From the NCBI RefSeq assembly GCF_006345805.1, contig NC_043019.1, forward strand, positions 23,931,360 through 23,995,359: a stretch of 64,000 nt of DNA, read 5' to 3'. The position numbers and the translations under genes are program-made. This stretch comes from Octopus sinensis (lineage: Eukaryota). Below the pieces are notes generated by a model. It was given only the letters and a program-made list of their open reading frames with translations. It was not told the origin of the DNA and searched no databases. Shown one piece after another: positions 52,381 through 64,000 of this stretch (position 1 is the stretch's first letter; every line of letters starts with the position of its first letter).

Positions 52381-52487
52381 TAAATAAGTACCAGTTACGC
52401 ACTGGGGTCGATATACTCGACTTAATCCGTTTGTCTGTCCTTGTTTGTCCTCTCTGTGTTTAGCCCCTTGTGGGTAATAAAGAAATT
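52381..52487 (+). mobile_element. 5'-truncated SINE family A with long TSD
   Basis: tgtttgaaggtatggcttttaaat at 52362-52385 and 52488-52511. Confidence 0.9.
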
Positions 52488-53559
52488 TGTTTGAAGGTAT
52501 GGCTTTTAAATGTGAAATTTTAATGATGAGCGCATTTCAAATATCTACAATCTAGACGAATATTTTGTTGTGGTGGGTGTTCGCCTTTGTCTGAGGATTA
52601 GGATTCAGCTCTTCGATCAATTCGATTACCTGTTTCCAAATTAATATGCAAGTGGCTGATACGTTTATCCTTAACATAATTCTCAGGCAGATCAGCGTGA
52701 CACAATGTGCTTTTTGGATTTTATCGAATCCTCAAGGTCATTTTTTTTTTACAGTGTTTGTTTATCAAACTTCAGATACAAGGTACAAGTCAACCCAGGG
52801 CTATATGAAACGACATTTGCACTAAATGCGACGCAATGAAATCGAACCCGAAACTTCGTGGCTGCATAGCGGACTTAACCATTTGGCCTTACTTCGCCCC
52901 CACCCACACGCACGAATACATACATACATACATACATACATACATACATACAACATACATACATACATACATGCATACATACATACATACATACATACAT
53001 ACATACATACATACATACAAGCATGCATGCATACATGCATGCATACATACATACATACATACATCATACATACATACATACATACATACATACATAATAC
53101 ATACATACATACCTACATACATACATACATACATACCGTATAGACCTATACTAGTTGTATAGAAAGGCAAGGGAAGGTCCCACCAGTAAGCTACGTTTGT
53201 TGAAAAGAAATATGCCACCTAACCGAACAAAATTGTTCAGCTAACATGTCCAAATGATAATATTCATATTGACTTTACTGTAAAGCATTCCGCGGAGAGA
53301 CAACGAACGACAAGACACACCACGACTCAGACGAACATTGCAATAACAAACCGCCGCCATTCCACGGACATGTGGCAATCGCTTATGATCTCACAAAAAC
53401 GAGTGACAAAATGTAAAATGCTAAAACCAGAGCTTGCATCGGAGTTCGTGCAGAGCTTCACAATTTACATGCATAAGACTCTGTATAAGAGAACGGCACC
53501 GACACGAATTGGGAACTCTCACAAACTAGATGTTATTCGTGTTCGATGAAATTGCGAGA

Positions 53560-54277
53560 GAACAACTAGCTGAAATCCGAACTTTCAGCTTTTGGACAAT
53601 CAATGTACTGCTCTGTTGTGCTGTAGTAACTGTACGCTAACTGGTGGGAGTAACAGAGGCCGATCCAAGGGATAATACCGAGTCATAATGGATTACTTCT
53701 CTCCAAACTAACATAAATGGACTCAAGAATAAGTTGGGACGGTTTGACACATTCATCAGATGCAAGGCTAAAAACGAGTTTACGAATCACCAGCTACGAT
53801 GGCATGATAAATTATCGAAATTATTTGGGAACTACCGCCGAGAAACACTCACAAGCAAATTGATCACCCTCAAACACAATCTACGGGCGAAAAGAGAAAA
53901 ACTTCGTTATTGTAAAAAATCAAAGGAATGTAAAACGATAAACCGCAAGTTTGCCCGAAACCCAGAAGGTGTATTGTTGCAGTATGAAAGGCATTACAAT
54001 CAAGGTAGGAAATACACCTCTCCAGGAAAACCTACAGTCGTTCCAGCGGGGAGTCTTGGATGTAAACAAAGAATACAATCGCGAAGGGAGAATTGTGTTA
54101 ATGCCTCTCCTGAAACATATAGGAGTGGCTGTGTGGTAAGTAGCTTGCTTACCAGCCACATGGTTCCGGGTTCAGTCCCACTGCGTGGCACCTTGGGCAA
54201 GTATCTTCTACTATAGCCTCGGGCCAACCAAAGCCTTGTGAGTGGATTTGGTAGACTGAAACGGAAAGAAGTCTGTC

Positions 54278-54346
<69 letters not shown>

Positions 54347-56760
54347 ATATATATATAGTTATTATATATATATGTGTATGTATGTATGTATGTATGTATG
54401 TGTGTTGTGTGTGTGTGTGTGTGTATACGTTTGTGTGTCTGTCTTTGTCCCCCCAACATCGCTTGACAACCGATGCTGGTGTGTTTACGTCCCCGTAACT
54501 TATCGGTTCGGCAAAAGAAAACGATAGAATAAGTACTAGGCTTACAAATAATAAGTCCTGGGGTCGATTTTCTCGACTAAAGGCGGTGCTCCAGCATGGC
54601 CGCAGTCAAATGACTGAAACAAGTAAAAGAGTAAGAGTAAAGAGTATATAACATCACCAGTGAAACACTCCTGACAAGTGTTATGAAACTGCCGAGGTCA
54701 CTGGTACAAAAAGCTAACGTTCTATGGGGAAATCTCACATCTCTGTTTTTAAAATGAACCCAAAAAGCAATAAACGCTCAGTTTAATATATCAGATTGGC
54801 TGACAGTTGCACGGACAACTCTTATATCCAAGAACAAAGAGACCTGTGTGATGAAAAACTATAGACCCATTAGCATGCTTGAATGTTATGTAGAAACTGT
54901 ATACGGGTTTTCGGAATATGTTTCTCCAATGACCTAAGCCAAACAAATGGTGTGATAACAGATGAACAGGCAGCACGAAAGAAATGGGTCTGGGGCTGTT
55001 CTGAACAGCTCCTCCTCAACAAAGCTGTTCTTTAGGAAGTCAAGCAACATCGCTGTAATCTCTTAACGATATGGCTAAACTACAAGAAGTCGTTCGACTT
55101 TGTGTCTCACTCATCGATGATAGAATCGCTACACGCTTCCAAAGTACCAGCTGCTATGGTGAATTCCATTGAAAAACTGACCACATCATGGTCCCAACAA
55201 TTAACTCTGAAACCTAGTAAAGCAACACCTATTGTTACAAACAGAATTACCTTATCAACAGGTATATTCTGGCTGATATTTTATCTGTAATGTTGTCTGT
55301 ATTGTCAGTGTACCCCTTGCCAAAGCTAAATGCCGAAAGGAATAAAACTGATGTCACCCACACATTTTTTGTTGATGACCTAAAGTTATATTCTGGTAAT
55401 ATGATCGACACCAAGAGACAATTGTAACTGGTCCCTAAAGGCTCACGAGATATAAGAATGGAGTTTGGGCAAGGTAAATGCTCATACATGGTAATCAACC
55501 GAGGAAAGATTGTAAACCAGGCAGAGAACATGTATATCAAAGGCTTGTCTATCACCACTATCTCTAATGGTGAAAGCTACAGTTATCTCGGAATCTATGA
55601 GAATGTTTCATACGTTGGTGCTGTGACTAAAGCAAGAATAACAGAAGAGTACACCTTTAAACTCCGGAAAGTATTGTACTCAGAGCTGTCTGCACTTAAA
55701 AATACCATATCTCGATATTTTCGAAGTACCGGTGCTAGTACCAACGTTTGGGATATTGCACTGGATACTCGATGAGATGATACGCAGCCTAGTCCTCAAA
55801 ACCAGAAAGGTACTGGGCACTACTGGCAGTTCCGTATTAACAGTGACAACGATAGAAGTTATATAAGACGATGTGATGGCGGTTGAAGCATAAGGTCTGT
55901 CCAAATAGCCTTTGAACGTCACAATGTGTCACTCAAACAACATCCGCTGAACAGTAAAGATAGAAATGAGTACATTCCATGCATACTCAAAAGTAAGAGC
56001 AATAGCATTTTCAGACTTGGAGAAGAACTATTGTGTAGTTAGGTACTCTGAGAATACAACTGTCTCATGTGACCCCCAAAAAGTCTAGATTGGCCTACCT
56101 AAACAGAAAGTTGGAGAAGTAAGCATCATACCAGCAAAAAGCAATGTATTGGTACATATCCTGTAAACTACATTGGCACGAAGAGTAGCCTCTTCTGGAC
56201 CTGCGATAGATACATTACATCTCACCTAAAAGGAAATGCCTTCGCCATCCAGGAACAAGAAATAGCTACTAAATACCTGATATACAAGAGGGATAAAGAT
56301 ACCACTAAACTTCCACTTTCTGATAAAAAAAAATGTCGGCTACACTTTACCAGTGTGAAAGACATCACTCACATCGTCAGCAGCTGCCCCAAAATGTCTA
56401 CAAGATACTACCTGCCCCCGAAGCATGGCATAGTTGCAAAGACTATTTACAATGCTATCCACCGGAAGGACTGTCCTGGCGTATACCTCAAAGGCATGTC
56501 AGAACCGGCAGGTATTGACATCTTTAAGAGCAAGGAATAATGGTATTCACACCTTTAAAAACATCAATTCGGTGCAAACATAGCAAGCCTGATATTGTCC
56601 TGTAGAACAGGGAACAAAAGCCATGCACTGTTGCAGAGGTCAGCTGCCCAGTGGATGTGAATGTACCATTAAAAGTCCAGGAGAAAGCGGACATTTATGG
56701 TGTATTCATGAGTGACTTACACCTCTGGTACCCTGACTATAAACTCTCATATCTTATTTT
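53560..56760 (+). mobile_element. Near-complete decayed R4/Dong-like LINE (N-terminus, RT, zinc knuckle, RLE), interrupted by a SINE
   Basis: FWTINVLLCCAVVTV; KHNLRAKREKLRY...INRKFARNPEG; WLTVARTTLISKN...KNYRPI; EQAARKKWVWGCSEQLLLNK...WLNYKKSFDFVSH; FFVDDLKLY; MEFGQGKC; YSYLG; FAIQEQEIATKYL; CRLH...DITHIVSSCPKMSTRYYLPPKH; KPDIVL; EVSCPVDVN...EKADIYG; many stops and frameshifts. Confidence 0.9.
54122..54646 (+). mobile_element. SINE family B, full length, nested in the LINE
   Basis: ggagtggctgtgtggtaagtagc... internal (TA)n(TATG)n(TG)n ...gactgaaacaagtaaaagagtaagag. Confidence 0.95.
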
Positions 56761-57040
56761 GAAGTCTTCGTCCAAATAATCCAGGACCAAAAAGTTTCCT
56801 TCAAGCATCTAATACAGAAAACACAAAAATCATCAACTCCTAACAAATGTAGAAAACAAAAAGCCTCAAATGCATCGTTGCCAACCCTGACAGCATCGCA
56901 GTAGATATTACTTTTCAATGAGACATGATGCGGTCGACGGAACAATCTGGTATATAAAGGTGAATAGAATGAGACCGATGGATGAAAAGAATATTGATGC
57001 AACTTAAAAATAGAAATACTCAACGAATTTAGACACGTCC

Positions 57041-57465
57041 GGGATCTTTTCGGTTTGAACGGCAGTTTTTTCTAGCGGTGTCATATGAAATTGTCACCCA
57101 TAATTATGACCCTAGAATCGATCTATTGCATTTCAATCTGTTTTAGGGTTAGGGTTAGGGTTAGGGGTGGGGGAAGGGTATCTTTTTTCTTTACAAATGT
57201 AAATAAACCCAATCTGTTTCTGAAACGAGGGACATATTCATGCGGCACAGAATGTTTTTTTTACCTCAATAGACATCACTGGTTGGTTGAAATTGCAGAA
57301 ATTCAAGAAAAAAAACAACAAATATCTTACAATCTATAGAATTTTCTCAATAAAGCCAAGAGAAAAAGATGTTTTATAAACACATTCTACCAGTATAAGA
57401 AGTTTAACATTTTTTAGTTAGCTAGAAATTATGTTAAAAACTGCCGTTCAAACCGAAAAGATCCC
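57041..57465. mobile_element. 425-bp MITE, perfect 30-bp TIRs, 6-bp TSD, internal (TTAGGG)4
   Basis: TIR gggatcttttcggtttgaacggcagttttt at 57041-57070 and inverted at 57436-57465; acgtcc at 57035-57040 and 57466-57471; TTAGGG x4 at 57143-57166. Confidence 0.95.
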
Positions 57466-60294
57466 ACGTCCGATTTCATACTGTTGTTCGGAATAACAGA
57501 ATAAAAACATGCCTTGTTGTAGAAGTCAGTTGCTTACTTGGTCTTGTATTATATTTATGAATCATTGAGGAGAAGAATTTGCAAAAGCCAAAACTTCCAA
57601 ACCGAAACTGCCACATTCACAACTCATTATTTGTGGAGCAACCCGGCTGAATATCTGCGCACAAACCTTCTTGATCAAAGAATAGCTGGAATAGGATTCT
57701 TGGAAAAAGAACGCAGCTCCATAATTCCTAGGCTACAAATAATCACGATATCCGGAACTTTAAAAATGTATATAATCGAAACATTTAAAAGACGAATGGT
57801 TACACAAAGGCTGACAAAAGAAAGAAAGAAAGAAAGAAACTATACTTTAGAATCCTGCTTATAGAGTAAGTGGTCGGTTAAAATAAACTCTAAAATTCCC
57901 ATCAAGAGTACACACACACACGCGCGCATGCACATGTGTGTCTGTGTGTATTTAGGCAGACAATGAAAACAGCTTATTATGATCACTCTGGTATGGAGTC
58001 TTTTATATAGTAATAAATGGTTGATAACATTAAGCAGAGTATGTAATGATATCCAGAGCATGTTTGAGGATCCACTAATTTTCATAGCAATAAACGTTTG
58101 ATATCAATAACATTATCCGTGATTATAATGTTTCCACTCTATACACACGCGCCGCGCGCGCGCGCGCACACACACACACGCACACACAACACACACACAC
58201 ACAGACACACACACACACACACACAAACAAACAAACACACACACACACACACGCGCACACAATGAAAGAACAAAAGAAAAGAGAAAACGGAAACGATAGA
58301 AAACCAAGGAAACAAAAATTTTTAAAAATCAAAAAAAAAACCAACAAAAAAAAACAAAGTTAGACAGTAATGAGATTAACATGTTTATTATAATTGTTTT
58401 TTTTATTTTTACTCTTGTATTTTGTTATTTTAATAACAGTCTGTGTTTCGTATGAAGAAATGCTAATCAATAAAATATTTAATAGTACAAATCTACATAA
58501 TTTTGATTTATGGTAAAAATAATGTATCATTACATGCTAAATAATCGAAAATATAAAGCAAAAATACTTGAGTAAATGATGAAACCACGTCATGTGTGGT
58601 TTCATGGAAATATTCTTCAAAAGCAATTGGCTATTTTCTCGCTTCTGACAGTAGTCCTTTCCATGCCACATTTCTATTGTCCCTGGAGTTTCTAGATCAA
58701 TAGATTCTCCTGTTTTGTATAGCGGATGCGTCAGAAGCTAATGAACCTTAAAATGTTTACGCTTTGTTTTTGCTCTCTGTTTATTCACGGCATAGCCATG
58801 TCACTTAGTGTAGCTATAAAATGAAAAGGAGTGTACAACTTCCGAATAGAATGACTCATATATCATCGAAATCTGCACTGAACGTCTTGTCTTTGAAGTC
58901 TGCCTCCCTATGACCACTTGAAGTATAATCCTTATAACACAAAGACTGAAGGCGTTTCGCATACTTCATAAGTATCTAGCCTACTATAAACTAAGATACC
59001 GATGATAAATGTGCTTCTTTCATGTGCACGCTAACATATCACTTTACCTCCATTTTAGGGTGTGTGCAAAAAGACAAAGTGGGCGCTATTTATTGTTGCC
59101 GCATCATTCAGTGACAAAGGTCGAGGGGGAAAAAAATATCTGGAAACTGAATAGAAAAACAAAGTGACAGGAATTTTAAATATGAATTAAACGTTTGTTG
59201 CAAATATATTATAAACTTAAACATTTTAATCTAAAGAGACAATTATGTCTCGTGTATTCTACTGAGCAAAAGATTTCATAGAAAGAAGCAGACTAACAAA
59301 GAACACACACGCACATATATACACATAATTAAATTTCGTCTTTTAATTATTTGGAGAAATTATGACAATTGATTTAAATCGATTTGACAGCTAAATATTT
59401 TTGAATCGGTTGTAATCGATTGAACCAAACTACAGTATATAAGTGATATATTTTTGTCCAAGGGTATTGTCGACCTTGAACGGATATGAACTCAAATCGT
59501 TGAATGATAAAACTATTATAAATACTTATTTAGTGCAGTGTGTTACTGTTTCCTATAATTTACTTTCCAAATAATAGCAATCTTATGTTATACAAATGTC
59601 ATTACACTTGAAAATCTATCTTTCTTTTCAATATTTTCAGAACATTAATGAATCTGTTTAGTACTGATGTAATTCATATTCGAGTCATGAAAGGCATTCA
59701 TGAAAAGCAAAAGGCCCGAAACGTTTGTTATTTAAATGACCTTGTAAACTGCATAATTGCCGCATTTTCCCGTTTCCCTTTTGCTCACTGGAAATCACAC
59801 ACACACACACACAAACACAAACACACACTCACACGCGCGCACGCACACACACACACACACTCACGGACACACAGACACACACACTCACACAACTCATAGC
59901 TAACTAAAGATTGAAATACGACCCTACCCTCGCACCGTCAATTTCTTGCACCCTGGACGAGAACTACTTCTATTACTTAATGGAAATATCAGAACTAATT
60001 GATATAGCAATATGAACGATGTTGCCCACACGTGGCATTCTACAATATTGTTCCATTCGTAGACATAATATTTCATCACGTCAATTAAATCCTTAGTTTT
60101 CCCGCCAGAATATATTTATATATACGCATGTCTTGTTTGTGTTTCTGTTTGTGTGTGTGCGTGTGCGCGCGCGTGTGTGTGTGTGTATGCTGGTATCAAT
60201 GTATACGTATGTTATTGTACATATATATTCCTCACTGCGTGTCTCCAAACGCACAACTATTCATACCCATGTATATATATGTATATATATATAT

Positions 60295-60406
60295 CTCGCT
60301 TAGCCAGCGGGGTGGCGTCATTCGAAGGCTAAAACAATGCGAACGCATTGTGACCAGCGATGTGTAGCAACATCTGATGGTCTGGTCGGTCACGTGATCA
60401 CGTGAT
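60295..60406 (+). mobile_element. 3' tail of SINE family C variant 1
   Basis: Inverse of ~14368-14465. Confidence 0.8.
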
Positions 60407-60764
60407 ATATATTATATATATATATATGTTGTTGTATTTAAGAATGGTCATTTTGCCAGTTTAGCCAATAACGTAATATATATATATATATATTATATAT
60501 ATATATATATATATATCTATATATATATATGTATATATATATATATGCACCTACAACTGTGGACTTACATGTATGTACTGAATGCACACACACACACACA
60601 CACACATACAGGGCTGCAATAGCAATACAAGCAGCACACTAATATATCTCGTATGCACACATGCATATACTATTTCATAAATACAGGCATGTACATACGC
60701 ACATGCATTTTGCGTATGTATGTATGTGTGTATGCATACATGTATATATATATATATATACGCA

Positions 60765-61135
60765 GGAATGACTGTGTGGTAAGTAGCTTGGTTCCGGATT
60801 CAGTCTCACTGCGTGGCACCTTGGGCAAGTTTCTTCTACTATAGTGTCGGGCTGACCAAAGCCTTATCAGTGGATTTGGCAGACGGAAACTGAAAGAAGC
60901 CCGTCGTATATATATACATATATATGTGTGCGTGTGTGTGTGTGTGTCCGCCATCGCTTTATAACTGATGTTAGTGTGTTTACATATCCGTAATATAGCG
61001 GTTCGGCCAAAGGGACCGATAGAATAAGTAATAGGCTTACAAAGAATAGGTCCTGGATTCGATTTGTTCGACTATAGAGCGGTGCTCCAGCATGGCTGCA
61101 GTCAAATGACTGAAACAAGTAGAAGAATAGAAGAC
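60765..61135 (+). mobile_element. SINE family B, full length, diverged
   Basis: Both halves present with a short internal TA/TG tract. Confidence 0.85.
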
Positions 61136-61339
61136 TAAAAGAAATACATACATATGCAGAGAGTGGCAAATCCATACGAGTATACAGGCGTTGATAGCGA
61201 TTCAACGGAAATGTTGCCATGTTAAGTTGTCAGAAGCTGTTAAGGTACTTAGAAAAGTGACGGATTTATGGGGTTAACAGCTGACAATATCAAACTTGAA
61301 CCTCTCTCGATGCGTGTCACATACTTCGAAATATATTAA

Positions 61340-61670
61340 TCATTATCACCATCATCATTATCATCGTCGTCGTCATCATCATCATCATCATCATCACCAT
61401 CATAATCATCATCATCATTAACATTACAACTACCATTACCTTTTACACTAATGCCGCCCTGTCGCCGCTGCCCCTGCTACCACCACTACTATCGCACACC
61501 TCCCCCGTTGCCGCCGCCGCCACCACCACCACCACCACCACCACCACCACCACCATAACCACCACTATCATTATCTTGCTCCTCCTCATACTCCCTCTCC
61601 TCCTCCTCCTCAGCATCACTATCTTGCTCCTCTTCCTCCTCCCTCTCCTCACCAACATCATCATCATTCT
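61340..61670. repeat. Compound trinucleotide repeats (CAT)n/(CCA)n/(CCT)n; similar (CTA)n/(CCA)n block at ~63775-63955
   Basis: Direct reading. Confidence 0.9.
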
Positions 61671-62231
61671 AACCATGTATAGGAACCTATTTTTTTTTCT
61701 CAGTTACATGAACACATTGGTTAACTTGTTGAGTGTTATGTCACAATAACAGCGTGTGACATTTGATCAGTTTAACAAGCAGCAATTCAGGAATTTACAT
61801 GATAAATATATTGTTGGCAGCATTAGCAAGAAAACAAGTCCGTCCACAATGCCTATTTAATAAATAAGAGACACATCAATATTTGCAGCTATTATTAGTA
61901 ATAGTATTCATGTGCTATGTATATTGAACATAGAACAATTAATAACAATAGATAAATGCTTCGAATATAGAAGCCACACAAAAGCAATGAGGAAAACAAG
62001 AGATTAAAGAAAAAGGAAATAATGGCACAAAAAAACAATGGAATAAATACATGAGACTAAAGTTTAATGCTGTAGACTCTTTAGCACTTACCAACCTCGG
62101 CTGCCAGTTCGTGGCCGTTTGCTTTACATTGAAGAGTTACTTTTGGTTCGTTTCAAAAACTGGCTTTGCTTTATGAGTCGAAAGAAACAGTTGCACACTG
62201 GTGTGGTTGATGTGGTTGGTATTCAGTTTGT

Positions 62232-62415
62232 ATTTTGTCTGCCGTTACGTTCTGAGTTCAAATTCCGCCGAGGTCGACTTTGCCTTTCATCCTTTCGGGG
62301 TCGATAAATTAAGTACCAGTAGTTACTCACAGGGGTCGATGTAATCGACTTAATACCTATGTCTGTCCTTGTTTGTCCCTTCTGTGTTTAGCCCCTTGTG
62401 GGTAATAAAGAAATA
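62232..62415 (+). mobile_element. 5'-truncated SINE family A, 14-bp TSD
   Basis: ggtattcagtttgt at 62218-62231 and 62416-62429. Confidence 0.9.
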
Positions 62416-63322
62416 GGTATTCAGTTTGTGCATCAACAGGACTAGTGTGGGTGGAGAGAGAATTTCAGGGAACTGAAAATGACTGTTCAGTAGAGAGAAA
62501 ACGCGAACACAATCGAGATAACAAGTGGAAGAAAGACAGCCGTGTCAGGTGGGACTCGCTTATACGAAGCGTTCATATTTATCAATTGAGGAAAATAAAA
62601 ACTGTTCTAATAGCGATAGAAGAAATGGTATGTTTGCGATGCAGCATTGGTGAGTGAATCGTTGTGAATCATTCGGTTGACTATCGTTTGGGTATGGTCC
62701 AGGGTGCTCGCATGAGTAACTGCATCATCATGTTATATATATATGAGCAGTAATCCAGTGCGGGTCTTGTTAGAGCTCTGTGGAGGGCCAACAGTTAATT
62801 ATGTCTGAAGTAGTTTCTGTCTCTGTAGAGGAAGCCTAATTTCGAAGAAGCTATATAAACGATGTCGCCATGTAAAATCATCACAAATGTTTTGAAATAG
62901 CATTCATAGAAAATTTGAAGGTTTTAGTTGTATGTCGTCTATGAGTAGAAGGACTGTACTACAATGCTATTTTCTTGAATTATGTAGGTGCTTATGAATT
63001 TGTGCCGTTGAAAGAATGTTTTTGTACGTCTCTTCTCGTGGAGGCAGCGCTAGTCTAGGTTGTCCGTGGACGATGCTAGAGCGCCGAAGGCTAAGGTCGA
63101 GTGGAAATGCTTTTCATCTGAAAATACATGTGTGCTGTTAAAAGAGGAATCAAAAATTAATTTGCTGAAGAACGTGTGAAATTGGATTATGCTCGCGAAG
63201 AGTTCTGGTATCAACTATTTCATTTTTATCCTTAGATACAAAATTAAAATATATAAATAAATTATTATCGAAAGCTACTTAAATCTCTGGTATTTCTAAT
63301 CCGCCTTATTTACTTCTTTTAG

Positions 63323-63454
63323 AAACGTAACAAGGAACATCAAATGTCCTCTGTCCGAAAAGATGACACACAATCAAATTTATCATCAGATATCAATCAC
63401 AATGTCACTGTCAACTTGGCTGAAGGACATAATCGCCCCATCTTTATACAAACC
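63323..63454 (+). CDS. Candidate internal exon (132 nt), product unknown
   Basis: Acceptor ccttatttacttcttttag, donor C|GTAAGA; open in two frames (KRNKEHQMSSVRKDDTQSNLSSDINHNVTVNLAEGHNRPIFIQT or NVTRNIKCPLSEKMTHNQ...); no homology recognised. Confidence 0.3.
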
Positions 63455-63774
63455 GTAAGACTTCCTTTTCGGTTGCCTGAATAATCCAGCATTCATTACG
63501 CTCAGAATATTTCTATCCTTACCTTCAGTTGGAGTTTTTGCGGGATACAGTCATACATCACAAAATCAATTGTCCAACTGAATATCAATTCAAATCAATG
63601 CTTCTCTCTGGAATGCCCCTTGATTAAAGTAGCAAGTTGCGAGAAAATGTGTCACCAAAGTACAGCTTCACCACCTGTACAACTTCACCACCACCATCCA
63701 GAAATTGTTAACAATGGTCGTCGTCTGTAATTATCTTACAGGGCATCTCAACAAGTGACTCCTGCATGAATGCT

Positions 63775-63807
<33 letters not shown>

Positions 63808-63897
63808 CAAAACCACCACCACCATCACCACAAGCAAATCCACCACCACCACCACCACCACCACCACCACCACCACCACCACCACCACCACCACACC

Positions 63898-63954
<57 letters not shown>

Positions 63955-64000
63955 GTCAGCCTGGCATCCCGTGACCAAGGTTATCTCTTCACAGATGTCC

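Noticed and set aside
62440-63200. Possible Tx1/L1-like 3' remnant (CLRC motif); similar hints near 48000-48300
   Set aside because: Only one short motif; not enough to call

Overview
Eukaryotic, AT-rich, microsatellite-saturated DNA ((TA)n, (TATG)n, (CA)n, (TATC)n, (CCTA)n) with one 100-N scaffold gap. The repeat inventory is most consistent with an octopus/coleoid cephalopod genome; this is an inference from recognising the SINE families, not a database result. No intact long protein-coding gene is visible, and almost all ORFs in the supplied track are translated microsatellites. The window is a mosaic of three tRNA-headed SINE families (~15 copies, several with TSDs), decayed R4/Dong-like (RLE-type) LINEs including one near-complete copy, an RTE 3' end, Tc1/mariner remnants, Penelope-like (GIY-YIG) remnants, a Helentron/DINE-like element and MITEs. 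The strongest observations are: (1) two type I hammerhead ribozyme folds with complete cores, palindromic stem III and long stem II inserts (12326-12426 +, 42381-42488 -), plus several degenerate relatives; (2) about ten fold-back inverted repeats, many next to (TA)n tracts and several built from retroelement ends; (3) a 63-bp in-frame minisatellite arising in a LINE zinc knuckle; (4) a MITE with 30-bp TIRs and a 6-bp TSD carrying (TTAGGG)4. A few isolated splice-flanked exon candidates exist but cannot be assigned to a gene. Element boundaries were read by eye and are approximate unless TSDs or TIRs define them.
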